NCBI RefSeq assembly: GCF_006345805.1
Contig: NC_042998.1
Location: 7,378,001 to 7,442,000 of the forward strand
Length of the DNA stretch: 64,000 bases
DNA from: Octopus sinensis
Lineage: Eukaryota
Reading direction: 5' to 3'
Shown here: one piece after another, positions 37,733 through 49,930 of the stretch
Layout of the letters: every line of letters starts with the position of its first letter
Position numbering within the stretch: the first letter of the stretch is position 1
Translations under genes and position numbers: made by a program
The notes under the pieces: generated by a model
Database searches by the model: none
Told to the model about the DNA's origin: nothing
What the model saw: only the letters and a program-made list of their open reading frames with translations

Positions 37733-37902
37733 ATATCACATCTCAGATTTTCACAATTTCAGATCTTCCTGATTGTCAATGAAATCTTACTTTTCCCAAA
37801 TTTCTTATTTTACTTAACAAGAACATTAATAACAGTGTATTATTTATTATATCTCATCTGTTTTTCTGATTATTTGTAATTATTATTTTTTTTTTAATTT
37901 AG

Positions 37903-38003
37903 ATCCAGTTCTTCTGCAGCTACCACTGCATTTGCTGCTGCAACTGCAGGTTCAACAAATCCACTCGATCACCCAAAAGGAAGCCGGCAATATTTAAATC
38001 CAG
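37903..38003 (+). CDS. RasGRF: RasGRF exon 8 (SSSSAATTAFAAATAGSTNP...)
   Basis: atttag| and G|gtaagg; phase 2 to 1; AFAAATAG resembles vertebrate AFAIATAG. Confidence 0.92.
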
Positions 38004-38308
38004 GTAAGGAAACAAAAGGGTTCTATATTTATTTTTGCATAAAATTCTAAGTAATATGAAGACAAGAGCAGAATCTAAATTACACGAAAAAGAAAAATCA
38101 TAATAATGGCTGTCTGATAAACATGTAAAGGTTTTTAATATATTAGTCCCAAGATAATGAATGGATACAAAACATCTTCTAGAATAATGTTCTAGGTTTA
38201 GGTGAAAGTAGTCTGCTTTCAGAACAGAGATGATTTTTTTTAAAAATTAAATTATTAGGTACAAATACATTCTTACAAATCCTGAATGTCATAAATATAT
38301 GACATATT

Positions 38309-38590
38309 ATCCTCCCGAAGAACCTAAGAGACCTGCATGGAGTGGATGCAGATGTCTTTAAAATAAAACTGGATCTCATCTTGTCAGTTGTCCCTGATGA
38401 ACCAACTTCACGGCAGGAGGTGCAGATGAGGGCAACTGCATCGAACTCTCTCATGCACCAAATGGCAATTGCTAAAAAGCATTCGTGAAGTAAAATCATG
38501 TAGCAACACCAAATGGCAGTGTTCCAGCATGACCACAGCTTGTGAGCTGAAACTAAATAAATAAATAAAAAAAAATAAAATAAATAAAAT
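38309..38590 (+). mobile_element. LINE 3' end (CR1/L2 group) with an A-rich tail
   Basis: ILPKNLRDLHGVDADVFKIKLDLILSVVPDEP...SNSL* then a GGCAGTGTTCCAGCATGACCACAG...CTGAAAC tail. Confidence 0.7.
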
Positions 38591-39077
38591 ACAACTATAA
38601 ACGATAAAAAATATATTATAATTCATAGACAAAGATGATATGTAAAAGGTTTTAGAACGGGAGTATTCAAGGTTTAGATGATGGTAGTGTACTTAATAAT
38701 TTAATTTGGAAAAAAAAACATATCTTATACTTGAAACTACTCTCTATTGTGAATGAAGAGAAATTCCCTTATACTCAACACACTACAGCTGCTTATCACA
38801 AAACTCAATTACTAAATCTATTTTAATAACATACTGAACCAAATCTGAATTCATAACAATATTTTGTTCTTAATTAAGTCAAGTCACCCTTGTTTTAGTT
38901 TGCTGGTTATTTCCATTTTGTGTAGTTAACAGTAGGTAAAGCATCTAGCTGTTACAACAAATACTCAGTAATTTTACATATGTACTGAGATGTACAACAC
39001 ATTCCAGCTGGAATAGAACAGAGAAAGTGATATAAAACTACTTGAAAGTAATATGCCAATGTTGCTCTCTTTATGTA

Positions 39078-39420
39078 AGGCGCATGGCTCAGTGGTTAGA
39101 GCGTCGAGCTTACAATCGTGAGGTTGTGAGCTCGAATCCCGGACCGGGCTGCGTGTTGTGTTCTTGAGCAAGGCACTTTATTTCACGTTGCTCCAGTTCA
39201 CTCAACTGTAGAAATGAGTTGCGACGTCACAGGTGCCAAGCTGTATCGGCCTTTGTCTTTCCCTTGGATAACACTGGTGGCGTGGAGAGGGGAGGCCGGT
39301 ATGCATGGGCGACTGCTGGTCTTCCATAAACAACCTTGCCCGGACTTGTGTCTAGGAGGGTAACTTTCTAGGTGCAATCCCATGGTCATTCATGACCGAA
39401 GGGGGTCTTTACTTTACTTA
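39078..39420 (+). mobile_element. tRNA-head SINE D, variant 3
   Basis: TGGCTCAGTGG / CTCGAATCCC head with CpGs intact; reverse copy at 43881-44207. Confidence 0.85.
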
Positions 39421-40004
39421 CTATGTAAAAAGTATTCCACGAGTAAGTTCTTTTCAATAAAGTTTATATAGTCCTTTGTAAATTTATCTCAACAGAAAAC
39501 TAAAAAGCTTAGGATTCAACCGTTTAACTAATTTTTAACACTATGGGAAGAAAAAAATAAAACAATTTAGTCAGTTACTGTGGGAATAATCTGAAGAAAT
39601 CTAAAAAAATTTTGAATATGCAAAATGTTTGGACTGGGGATTACAAAGGACTTATGCTTATCTTTTTGTTGAATATAAGAGTTTTTCAATCAATCATTAT
39701 GCAAGAGTTTGACTTTTATCGTAGGTAAAGAAAAGCAAGTATATCGTATACAATTACTATTTGCTTTGATATCTGTTCAAATTAACTCCTTCTATGCTTT
39801 CTTTGACTTTGTTTTAACCTCAATACCATCTATTACCTACTTAGAATATCCTTGTTTTCACACCTGTTTACTTTGGAGAATCAAATAGTTAGCAAGGATG
39901 AAAAAGTTTACAAAACTGCTAAATGCAAAGCATGGACTTATGTCTGGTAATGTTTACTTTTACTAAAACGGTTTATGAAATAAACCCTTTTAGCATTGCT
40001 AAAA

Positions 40005-40695
40005 TTGTCAAGAAGGCTGAGGGTGTATTGGCATCACTCACCAAGTCCTTTGTGAACCGCTCTCCAGCTATCTATCTGCGGCTTTATATAACTATGGTGC
40101 GACCTCACCTGGAATTTGCATCACCGGTCTGGAACCCCTATCTTGCCAAGGATATCAATCGTCTGGAAACTGTTCAGCGACGTGCAGCCAAGAGAATACT
40201 CTCCATCAGGCATTTGCCATATTCTGAATGCCTTACTTCCCTGGGCATGGATACATTGAAACTCCGATGTCTGGTAGCTGACTTGGCAGACACCCATAAA
40301 ATTATTAACCATCTTACTAACAATAACTCTGAGCACCTTTTCAAACTCCACCTGTCTAACACCCATGGACATATTTACAAAGTAAGAAAACAGCACAGCT
40401 CCCATGACTTTAGGAAACATTTTTTCACACTAAGAGTTGCTGAAGTTTGGAACAAACTGCCGGCATCAGTTGTTAGTTGTCGGAGCACTGCATCCTTCAA
40501 AACTTCCATGCTTTCTGAGATTCACCAACACTACACCTGATTTTCTCCCCTCCATACACACGCAAGCATGTATCTGACTCATACACTGTTCACTTCCAGA
40601 CATTTGTATATTACTGCATATGCTTTACACGCACTTTTGACAAGTTGTGGTGCACCTGAGCACTGTATACAATAATTTCATTATTATTATTATTT
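40005..40695 (+). mobile_element. CR1/L2-group LINE 3' end with (ATT)n tail (same family)
   Basis: VRPHLEFASPVWNPY...WNKLP; tail ends about 30 nt before the exon 9 acceptor. Confidence 0.9.
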
Positions 40696-40726
40696 TAAAT
40701 ATTCTCCCTTTTCCCTTTTTTTACAG

Positions 40727-40824
40727 TGGATACGAAAACAAAGAAACGAGAATCAGTGTTAAGTGCAGCAGCTACGATGAGGGTTCTAAATGTAATGAAA
40801 CATTGGGTTTCAAAACACTATCAG
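40727..40824 (+). CDS. RasGRF: RasGRF exon 9, REM C-part (KRESVLSAAATMRVLNVMKHWVSKHYQ)
   Basis: ttacag| and CAG|gtaaag; phase 1 to 0. Confidence 0.95.
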
Positions 40825-41591
40825 GTAAAGAAAAGAAACATTATTTTGTGCATTGGATATTTGGACTGTTTGTAATGTGAGAATTATTGGTTTCTTTTAA
40901 CGCCGACGGGAAATAACATCATTAGGTGAGACAAGCTGACTGACAGGTGATGGTCGTTTAGAAAAAGCACGGGCTAAAACTACGCGCCTTCACTAGTCAG
41001 TTAAGGTGAGACAGTGTCACGTGACAACTTGCTGGGGCTGCCTGCTGGAGCCTAGCGGCAGGTATTTAAAGGGAAAAATTTGAGAAGACAGTCAGTTGCC
41101 TGCTGACACTCGCTGACGATACATCAAAGAGGCCAGGGAACAGAAGAAAGAAGACATGCACCCAACACCAGAGCTAAAGACACCTCCGAAAGGGGGGAGC
41201 CCCGCCACGTCAAAACGGTAGAGGAGTAGGGGCCAAAACCAGACCTGGTTCCTCCTGATGATGTCTTTAGCTAACTGGATCCTATAAAGGAGCTGTTGTG
41301 GTAGCAGACCACGAAACACGGTTATAATTCCTTCCATAAGTACAGTACCTCATATTAAAAGAGAAAGAGCTGTAGTTAATTATATTTGTTCCACTATTTC
41401 ACTGCTACTTGTTTCCATGAAATGATGAAAGCCTTAGCTGGATTTGAAAATGGCCTTAGCTGGATTTGAAAATGGAATCTAAATTAACATACCTAAATAT
41501 CACATGGCATTTTCTCTGCTGCTCTACCAATTCTGATAATCTTCCTGCATATAGAGTGTTGTATTAAGTGTTTTACAAAATTAAAGAAATA

Positions 41592-41806
41592 TCGGTTTCA
41601 AATTTTGGCACAAGGCCAGCAATGTCGTTAAAGGGGTGAAGTCGATTACATCAACCTCAGTGTTCAACTGGTACTTATTTCATCGACCCTGAAAGGATGG
41701 AATCCAAAGTCAACCTCGACAGAATTTGAACTCAGAATGTAAAGATGGATGAAATGCCTCTAGGTATTTTGTCCAGTATGCTAACAATTCTCCCAACTCA
41801 CCACCC
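41592..41806 (-). mobile_element. SINE C variant
   Basis: Reverse of the 9038-9272 type. Confidence 0.75.
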
Positions 41807-42171
41807 TTACAAAATTAAATAAATATTGAGCCATACTCATAGCTGAAATATTGAGCCATAATCATAGCTATGATTCTACCACCATTCCCACCAGCGGTTC
41901 AAGTCAAGGAACATAACTCTGCTTGTCACGGTTTACCTAGTGGCAAAGACTAGTTCTACATTATTACCACTGAATAATGAGTGAACAACAAACCGCAAAA
42001 ATAATTGTTTTAACAATACGAATATGTTCAAATTTGCAAATAAAAAAATCAAAACTTTACTCTATCTACAGAAAAATATCAATATATTAAAATTAAGAAA
42101 AAAATAACTAAATATATCAGTTGAATACAATTTATTGTATATTTGTAAGATAATCATATAAATATAAATCC

Positions 42172-42736
42172 TTGTCATCAAATGGCAGAATCATGTCCCC
42201 AACAAAGATGTCCTCAAGCAAGCAGGAATACCAAGCATGTTTGCACTCCTCACACAAAGACGTATGAGATGGCTTGGGCATTTTAGTCGTATGGAAGATG
42301 GCAGAATCCCCAAGGATATACTCTACGGAGAGCTTGCTATGGGCACTAGGTCTGTGGGAAGACCATTCTTACGTTACAAGGATGTTTGCAAAAGGGACAT
42401 GAAGGCCTGCGACATCAATATTAGCAACTGGGAAGCGGTTGCTGGCAACCGTGGAGATTGGCGACGGACCATAAAAGAGGGGACACAAAGGAGTGACAGA
42501 GGGAGAGAGGAGAAATGGAAAGACAAGAAAAGACGTCAACAAGAAAGTATGGCATTACAACCAGCCAGGCAAAGTCTTTGCTACATTTGCGGTACCTGCC
42601 AGAGAGAGTGTTTGTCCAGGATAGGACTACACAGCCACAGCAGGAGATGTATTAGGACATGAAATGTAAAAGCCGGACTAGATTATTTTATGTGCAACTC
42701 CATTGTCTCCCAAGACAAAAAGGATGCCATCAACAA
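42172..42736 (+). mobile_element. RTE-clade LINE 3' end with C-terminal Zn finger
   Basis: RRMRWLGHFSRMEDGRIPKDILYGEL...CGTCQRECLSRIGLHSHSRRC. Confidence 0.88.
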
Positions 42737-42924
42737 ATCATATAAATATTCACACACACACACACACACTCACAGTTCCTTCAAATATATTAAAGTTAGT
42801 TTGATATATCTTTTGTTTCAGTTCATTGACTTGATGTATTTTCTTTTGAGTTGGTACAAGGTGCTTTTGTATAGAAATAGGGTGAAAATTGATTAAGCTA
42901 TGTATTATTGGTACTATTATTTGA

Positions 42925-43057
42925 GCACCCAGCTGTAGAAACACTGCCAGATCAGACTGGAGCCTGGTGCAGCCTTCTGGCTTCCCAGACCCCAGTTGAA
43001 CCGTCCAACCCATGCTAGCATGGAAAGCGGACGTTAAACGATGATGATGATGATGAT
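42925..43057 (+). mobile_element. Family A 3' part
   Basis: Core plus (GAT)n. Confidence 0.8.
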
Positions 43058-43641
43058 TGACTGATAATTACTATATCGATTGAACTGACTCCAGCTTATT
43101 TTATCTGTTCAGTCCCAGAGTGATTAATGGCAGTTTGTTGGACATGAATAGAATTTGAACTTCTGTCCAATAAGGATGAAAGTATTTCAATGAATGTAGT
43201 CCAGTGCTTTGTTGTCACTCCTCACAATAAGATCTTAATGAATGAATGGAAGTTCACCAGCCTATTTCCTCTGATGTGAATATGTGCAGAGCTGAGCCTT
43301 AAGACAAGAAGAGTAGGAGGAAACCCTGTAACATGGCACCACCGAATACAGAACAGAATTTCCCTTACAACCACTGTGGCTGGGTCTGTCTGTCTGTCTC
43401 ATATAGGCCTAGTCTAGCACCAGCATGCTTCTGCAGGACAGCTCTCTTTATGAATCTTCATACATGAAACCAATCAGTGATCACTATTGAGTAATCATTA
43501 ATTTATTGATTAACCCTTTAACATTTAAATTGGCCAGTTCCAGTCCAAATATGCTATCTTTTTTTATGTTCTAACCAGCCTGATCCAGCCTATTACACCC
43601 AGCCTATTACACCCATCCTTCAAAACCATTCTAAAAATATA

Positions 43642-43863
43642 TATTTCTTTACTACCCACAAGAGGCTAAACACAGAGAGGACAGACAAATGGGTTAAGTC
43701 GATTACATCGACCCCAGTGCGTAACTGGTACTCAATTTATCAACCCCGAAAGGATGAAAGGCAAAGTCGACCTCAGTGGAATTTGAACTCGGAACGCAAC
43801 GACAGACGAAATACGGCTACGAATTTCGCCCGGCGCACTAACGTTTCTGCCAGCTTTCCGCCT
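43642..43863 (-). mobile_element. SINE C with 17-bp TSD
   Basis: ACCATTCTAAAAATATA at 43625-41 and 43864-80. Confidence 0.9.
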
Positions 43864-43880
43864 ACCATTCTAAAAATATA

Positions 43881-44207
43881 GTGTAAAGACCCCCTTTGGT
43901 CATGAATAACCATGGGATTGCACCTAGAAAGTTCCCCTCCAAGGCATGAGTCTAGGCAAGGTTGTTTATGGAAGACCAGCAGTCGCCCATGCATACCAGC
44001 CTTGCCTCTCCATGCCACCCACCAATGTTATCCAAGGGATACAGCTTGGCACCAGTGATGTCACAATTCATTTCTACAGCTGAGGTAACTGGAACAACAT
44101 GGAATGAAATGATTGCTCAAGAATGTGGCACACACAGCCAAGTTTGAGAATTGAACTCACTACCTCATGATTGTGAGCCTGACACTCTAACCACTGAGCC
44201 ATGCGCT
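43881..44207 (-). mobile_element. SINE D variant 3 with 13-bp TSD
   Basis: TTCTAAAAATATA at 43868-80 and 44208-20. Confidence 0.85.
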
Positions 44208-44220
44208 TTCTAAAAATATA

Positions 44221-44604
44221 CTCTTTACTCTCTTTACTTGTCTCAGTCATTTGACTGTGGCCATGCTGGAGCACCACCTTTAGTCAAGCAAATTGATCCC
44301 AGGCCTTATTCTTTGTAAGCCTAGTACTTATTCTATCAGTCTCTTTGACCGAACCGCTAAGTTACAGGGTGTAAAAACACCAGCATCGGTTGTCAATCAA
44401 TGTTGGCGGGGACAAACACAGACACACAAACATATATATGCATATACACGACAGGCTTCTTTCAGTTTCCGTCTACCAAATCCACTCACAAGGCTTTGGT
44501 TGGCTCGAGGCTATAGTAGAAGACACTTGCCCAAGGTGCCACACAGTGGGACTGAATCCGGAACCATGTGGTTCGTAAGCAAGCTACTTACCACACAGCC
44601 ACCG
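44221..44604 (-). mobile_element. SINE B
   Basis: Full-length reverse copy. Confidence 0.88.
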
Positions 44605-44787
44605 CATTATCAAAATTTCATAGTTACAAAATAATTAAAAACAATGTGAATGAGAAAACATTACATTTGACAAAATAATCTGAATGCTAAAGGGTTGATA
44701 ATACTGAAATGAGAATAATAATAATTGTAAATGAGGTATAATAATTATAACATCGTTATAACATTTTTTCTTTCTATCTTTTCCTAG

Positions 44788-44967
44788 GATTTCGACACTG
44801 ATGCACAATTGAAAGCTTTTTTGATTGATTTACTTGAAGAAATGGTGTGCAACACCTCTTTACTACCAGCTGAGCATAAAGCAGCTGCAGGCATATTACG
44901 CATAATCAACCAGGAGAGCCAAGATAGCAATAAAGTTGATTTAGATATATTATTAGCCCCACCTGCA
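44788..44967 (+). CDS. RasGRF: RasGRF exon 10 (DFDTDAQLKAFL...LLPAEHKAAAGILR...)
   Basis: cctag| and GCA|gtaagt; 180 nt, phase 0 to 0. Confidence 0.95.
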
Positions 44968-44999
44968 GTAAGTAGAGTTAACAGTCTTTTCCTCTCTTG

Positions 45000-45353
45000 T
45001 TACCTCCACCTTAGCAAAGGCAGAGGTATTGTTTTCAGTTGTGTTTGTTTGTTTGTTATCTCAAGAACTGCTGGATGGATTTGGATGAAACTTTCAGGGA
45101 TGTTTGGCCTCATGACTGGTACAAACTGATTAGATTTTGGCATTGATCCGGTACTGGACAAGGATTCTGCATTATTTTTCCTGTTTCTTTACTTAATTTT
45201 TGAGAGCGGTCGGGTTCATTTTTAGTATTCTCGCTTGTGAGAGCAGTCGAGTTTATTTCAGATATTCTCATTTTAAAAATCGTCTCCGGCTAATCTTTGA
45301 GAGGGCATTAGCATTGCCTTGGTGGAGGTTTGCACTCTCTCAGTACTCTTGTT
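45000..45353 (+). mobile_element. Helentron-associated (HINE/DINE-1-like) element
   Basis: Subterminal IR ACCTCCACC / GGTGGAGGT, (GTTT)n tract, 3' gcactctctcagtac hairpin. Confidence 0.6.
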
Positions 45354-45462
45354 TTTTTTTTTCATTTTATTTTATAATACATAAGTATCTATCTGTTATA
45401 TTTTACTTCTTTCAGTCATTGGACTGCAACCATGCTGCGGTACCAGTCCAAAGGGTCTAGTC

Positions 45463-45590
45463 CAGTGTTTCTCAACCTTTTTACCCTTCCGTAACCCTTA
45501 AAATAAATTATGTCTCAAGGAAACTCTGCATAAAAATAATTATTTACTATATCTTTCACATTTTTTTTCATCGTAGTTCATATGGTAAAT
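45463..45590 (+). mobile_element. hAT-like terminal fragment
   Basis: CAGTGTTTCTCAACC terminus; partner end not found. Confidence 0.4.
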
Positions 45591-45648
<58 letters not shown>

Positions 45649-45652
45649 TATA
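45590..45652. repeat. (TA)n microsatellite
   Basis: Direct inspection. Confidence 0.9.
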
Positions 45653-46032
45653 TCGTTGTTATATTTTTCTTTGATAACATAAAAGGTTAGATAGGATGAT
45701 GTCTATATTACAATAACCAATATGATTTAAATTCGCTTTGTGTATATATTCATGTGTGGTGCGTGCTGATATATAAAACTGTGTGTATGGGTTTTCTAGA
45801 ATTCGAGATGTATTTACAATTATCCTTACGAAATAGAGTGGCGTGTTTTCAATCGTGGTTGCTAACACAAAGATTTACGACAAGGAGACACACAATTATT
45901 TTCTTTTTGTAGAATCATTAAAGGTACTGTTCCATTATCCAAGGAATGTGTTGTGTACTTATTAAGTTTTGTCAGTGGGAAATATCAGGTTTTCAGTTAT
46001 CTCTCTCAACCTGTCATTACTTGTCTGCTTCT

Positions 46033-46366
46033 TAGCAAATTGACCCCAGGACTTATTCTTTGTAAGCCTAGTACTTATTCTATCAGTGTCTTTTGCCGAT
46101 CTACTAAGTTAAGGAGTTACTGGGGACGTAAACACACTAGCATTGTTAAGCGATATTAGAGGGACAAACACAGACACACAAACATATACACACATACATA
46201 CATATATACGACGGGCTGCTTTCAGTTTCCGTCTACCAAATCCACTCACAAGGATTTGGTTGACTCGAGACTATAGTAGAAGACACTTGCCCAAGGTGCC
46301 AAGTAGTGGGACTAAACTCGGAACCATGTGGCTAGTAAGCAAGCTACTTACCACACAGCCACTCCT
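46033..46366 (-). mobile_element. SINE B lacking tail
   Basis: Reverse copy. Confidence 0.82.
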
Positions 46367-46694
46367 ACACATGGTACTGGCAGAATTGAAAACATTTTGC
46401 TTTCTCATGCTATTATTACAATAATGAATGAATGATCGTTGATTCAACAGGAAATATTATTGTTGCAAAAGCAGTATCTTTCTTTCTTTTTAACTTTTCT
46501 TTACAGTCTTTAATTTTTGATAAAATTTTAGAAATTCGCATTTAAATAAACCCATTTCAAGAAAGTATCAAGAGGATTGTGAGATAGAAGTCTATGGGTG
46601 GCATGCAGCCCACAGGCCTCAGGTTGGCTCGCCCTGGTCTGGAGTCTAGTTTCTTCTGAGATGTTGTTAGAGGCCAGACACAACTGAGGAAGCT

Positions 46695-46884
46695 TACTCT
46701 TTTACTTGTTTCAGTCATTTGACTGCGGCCATGCTGGAGCACCGCCTTTAGTCGAGCAACTCGACCCCGGGACTTATTCTTTTGTAAGCTCAGTACTTAT
46801 TCTATTGGTCTCTTTTGCCGAACCGCTAAGTGACGGGGACATAAATACACCAGCATCGGTTGTCAAGCAATGCTAGGGGGACAA

Positions 46885-46915
<31 letters not shown>

Positions 46916-47087
46916 CATATATACGACAGGCTTCTTTCAGTTTCCATCTACCTAATCCATTCACAAGGCTTTGGTCGGCCCGAGGCTATAGTAGAGGACA
47001 CTTGCCCGAGGTGCCACGCAGTGGGACTGAACCCGGAACCATGTGGTTGGTAAGCAAGCTACTTACCACACTGCCATTCCTGCGCCT
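46695..47087 (-). mobile_element. SINE B, full length with CpGs intact
   Basis: Reverse copy. Confidence 0.9.
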
Positions 47088-47590
47088 ACTTCAGTTGTTG
47101 AACCTGGCATTGACATACATGGAAGAGGTGGCATTCATTATCAGAAGCCCTTGCCATCTCAACTGATAATTTCTCATTTCATATCAGCAGGGGTCATGTT
47201 AATGGGGAGCTGCAGGTTGTTTGTATTGGTAATGGAGAGAATGCAGTTCCAGGTTATTTCAAGATAGGGTGGGTACAGTTTTCCAGACCATTTGATGTTA
47301 AGGGATCAGTTGGTGTCTTGATTACATAATCATCAAAAGATACACTGGTTTTTGTTTGGAAATATTTAATGAATTCCACTGTAGACATTATATTCTCTTC
47401 TAAAATTTTCTATTATTTACAAGCCATGCCTAATATGCTAAACCTAAAATTTGCACTTCCATATACACAGCTCCCTATCATTTTTCCTTTTTTCATTCTT
47501 CATTTTATTTATCATGAATCCATTCTTCCTGTTTCTGAAAATAAAAGAAAAGAAAAGAAAATTTTCCTTTGAGAAAAAGTTTTGGTCAGA

Positions 47591-47861
47591 TGCCAGCGCC
47601 ACCTGACTGGCATCCATGTCGGTGACATCTAAAAACACCAACTGATCATGGCCGTTTGCCAGCCTCCTCTGGCCCCTGTGCCGGTGGTACATAAAAAACA
47701 CCCACTACACTCACAGAGTGGTTGGCATTAGGAAGGGCATCCAGCTGCAGAAACACTGCCAGATCAGACTGGAGCCTAGTGCAGCCTTCTGGCTTCCCAG
47801 ACCCTGGTCGAACTGTCCAACCCATGCTAACATGGAAAACGGACGTTAAATGATGATGATG
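47591..47861 (+). mobile_element. Family A retroposon
   Basis: Core plus (GAT)n, ending about 60 nt before exon 11. Confidence 0.85.
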
Positions 47862-47923
47862 AAGAATAGTTTGAATTTGTAAACTGTAAAAAAAAAATAT
47901 ATATATTTTCATCTGTTTTCCAG

Positions 47924-48021
47924 ACATCTTCAACAGACACGTCAGATTCATTATCAGCATTGGATATTGCAGAACAACTCACTTATTTAGACCATAAAAT
48001 TTTTATTGCAATTCGCAGTGA
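47924..48021 (+). CDS. RasGRF: RasGRF exon 11, start of CDC25 domain (SALDIAEQLTYLDHKIFIAIRS)
   Basis: ttccag| and GA|gtaagt; phase 0 to 2. Confidence 0.95.
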
Positions 48022-49730
48022 GTAAGTATTCTATCAAACATTGCAAACTCAATAATACAAATATACTTCTTCACTTTCAGCCTCATGCTATTTCTCCTTG
48101 TAATTTTGAACCTTATTTTTACCTTGTTTTTATTTTGTTAATGAATAATGTTTACAAAGTAATTAATATGCAGGTTTAAATTTAAAAACCTAATGAACCA
48201 ACTCTATAATGCAGTGCATGACCCAGTAACATCTCGACATTCTAGTAGTAGAAATTAACATCATTGGGAAAAATGCTTGCTTATGCTAACTGACAATGAT
48301 GAAGTCCAAAAATTAAGTAACAGACTAGAAATAATTAGGCTGGGATTTTTGTATGTAACCATTTATTTTAGATTAACTTCACTCTTTGACAAATTTCCCC
48401 AAAATGAAAAAGAAAACTTAGAAAAGGAAAAGTATGTGTAAGAAAGTTCAGGATTTCTTGTAAATTTGGAAAATAGTTTAGTGTACAAGTTCATAGGTCT
48501 TAGTTCTCAGCTGCTTCTCTTGCAGCATTTAATCAGAAATTTAGGTGGAGTTGTTATGAGATGTTCTTCTGTTGATATGTATTAGACACAATGTCTTCCA
48601 ATGCTAACAATACCTAGAGTTATTGCACCTTACAGGAATACTGTGGCTTGTAGGATTTTATGCCCTCATTTACTTTTAAAGTGTAAGTAGTAGTCTCTTA
48701 CTGGAAGAAGTCTGAGATACTGCTTTATTACAATGAATAGACCATGATTTTAACCACTTATATATATTCTTCTAGGTTAGTATAACCTAGACTAGTTTTT
48801 TAAAATTTAGTTACTTGCATGCATTCTTTGTGTGAATAGTTCTTTGAAGGAACAAGTTACCTCGTATATATTCAGATCAGAAAGTATGTCCCCTTTGTGA
48901 AACAAAGCAAACAAAATAATGTGCTTTGCAGCAAAGAAACATCTATTCTTTGCATTGAAATTCCAACTCATTGACTATACCTAGTATTTTTAGCTGTTTT
49001 CTGAAACCTATAGAAAACTGAACAACAATTTGAAATGTCACCAATAATTTATTTGAACTTTAAAAAATAAAAGTAGTTTTCTGTATGGAACTAATAAGAA
49101 AGTTTATGACAGTATGTATATGTATAACTGGCTGGAACTGAGAATGCAGAGATTAAACAAATTTACAGCATTTCAACGATAAAGTGTTAGAGTAGGTTAC
49201 ATAACTAAGGAACTGAGCCCAATGCACTTTTCACTTATAGCAAGAATGATACTAGCAGCCTAAATGTGTCATGGAGAAAATGTTAGTCATCAACAATTAT
49301 CATTTTACTTTTACCAGATATCAATTGTTTAATGTTCTACTTAAATATACTTTCACTTATGTAATTCTGTAATGAGTTTTGTTGTGGTAAAATATGCATT
49401 TCTTAAAGAAGATTATCTGAGCCAGTACTTATAAGAGAGAATATGACAAAGATGACACAAGCTGTATATTAACTGATAGCTTCAAATCTTTAGCTTTTGC
49501 ATAAAACTTTTATGATCTCATCATTCAAATTTTAATAATTTGTTACAACATGAAAATTATTAATGTAAAATATAAACAGAGTCAAAATGTGTGCTTAGGT
49601 ATTTGTAATGTGAATACTCAGTCCATTAGATGAAAAATCCTTTTAGCATGACTAAGTATTTTACTCGTTATCTGGACCATTTTGTCTTATTGAATATCAC
49701 GACTTACCTGTTATATCCTTTATATCTTAG

Positions 49731-49815
49731 TGAACTGTTATCTCAGACGTGGATGAAACCAGATAAGGAAGTCAGGGCACCACATGTGCATTTAGTCACA
49801 AAAAGATTCAATGAG
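49731..49815 (+). CDS. RasGRF: RasGRF exon 12 (ELLSQTWMKPDKEVRAPHVHLVTKRFNE)
   Basis: tcttag| and GAG|gtgagt; phase 2 to 0. Confidence 0.95.
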
Positions 49816-49930
49816 GTGAGTTTTAAGTTTTAAAACTATGCACTTTACCTGATGCACACACACACATATACACACATTTTATAATTTATCTGGAGATGAT
49901 CGGATGTTTATTACATGAATTGATTTCTGA

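Larger units (their letters stand above)
43514..44694. mobile_element. P1 MITE carrying three nested SINEs
   Basis: TTAA-CCCTTTAACATT at left, AATGCTAAAGGG-TTGA at right. Confidence 0.75.

Noticed and set aside
39078-39155. tRNA gene (also 983, 2592, 14061, 52229)
   Set aside because: A/B-box-like heads run into SINE bodies; no complete cloverleaf acceptor stem.
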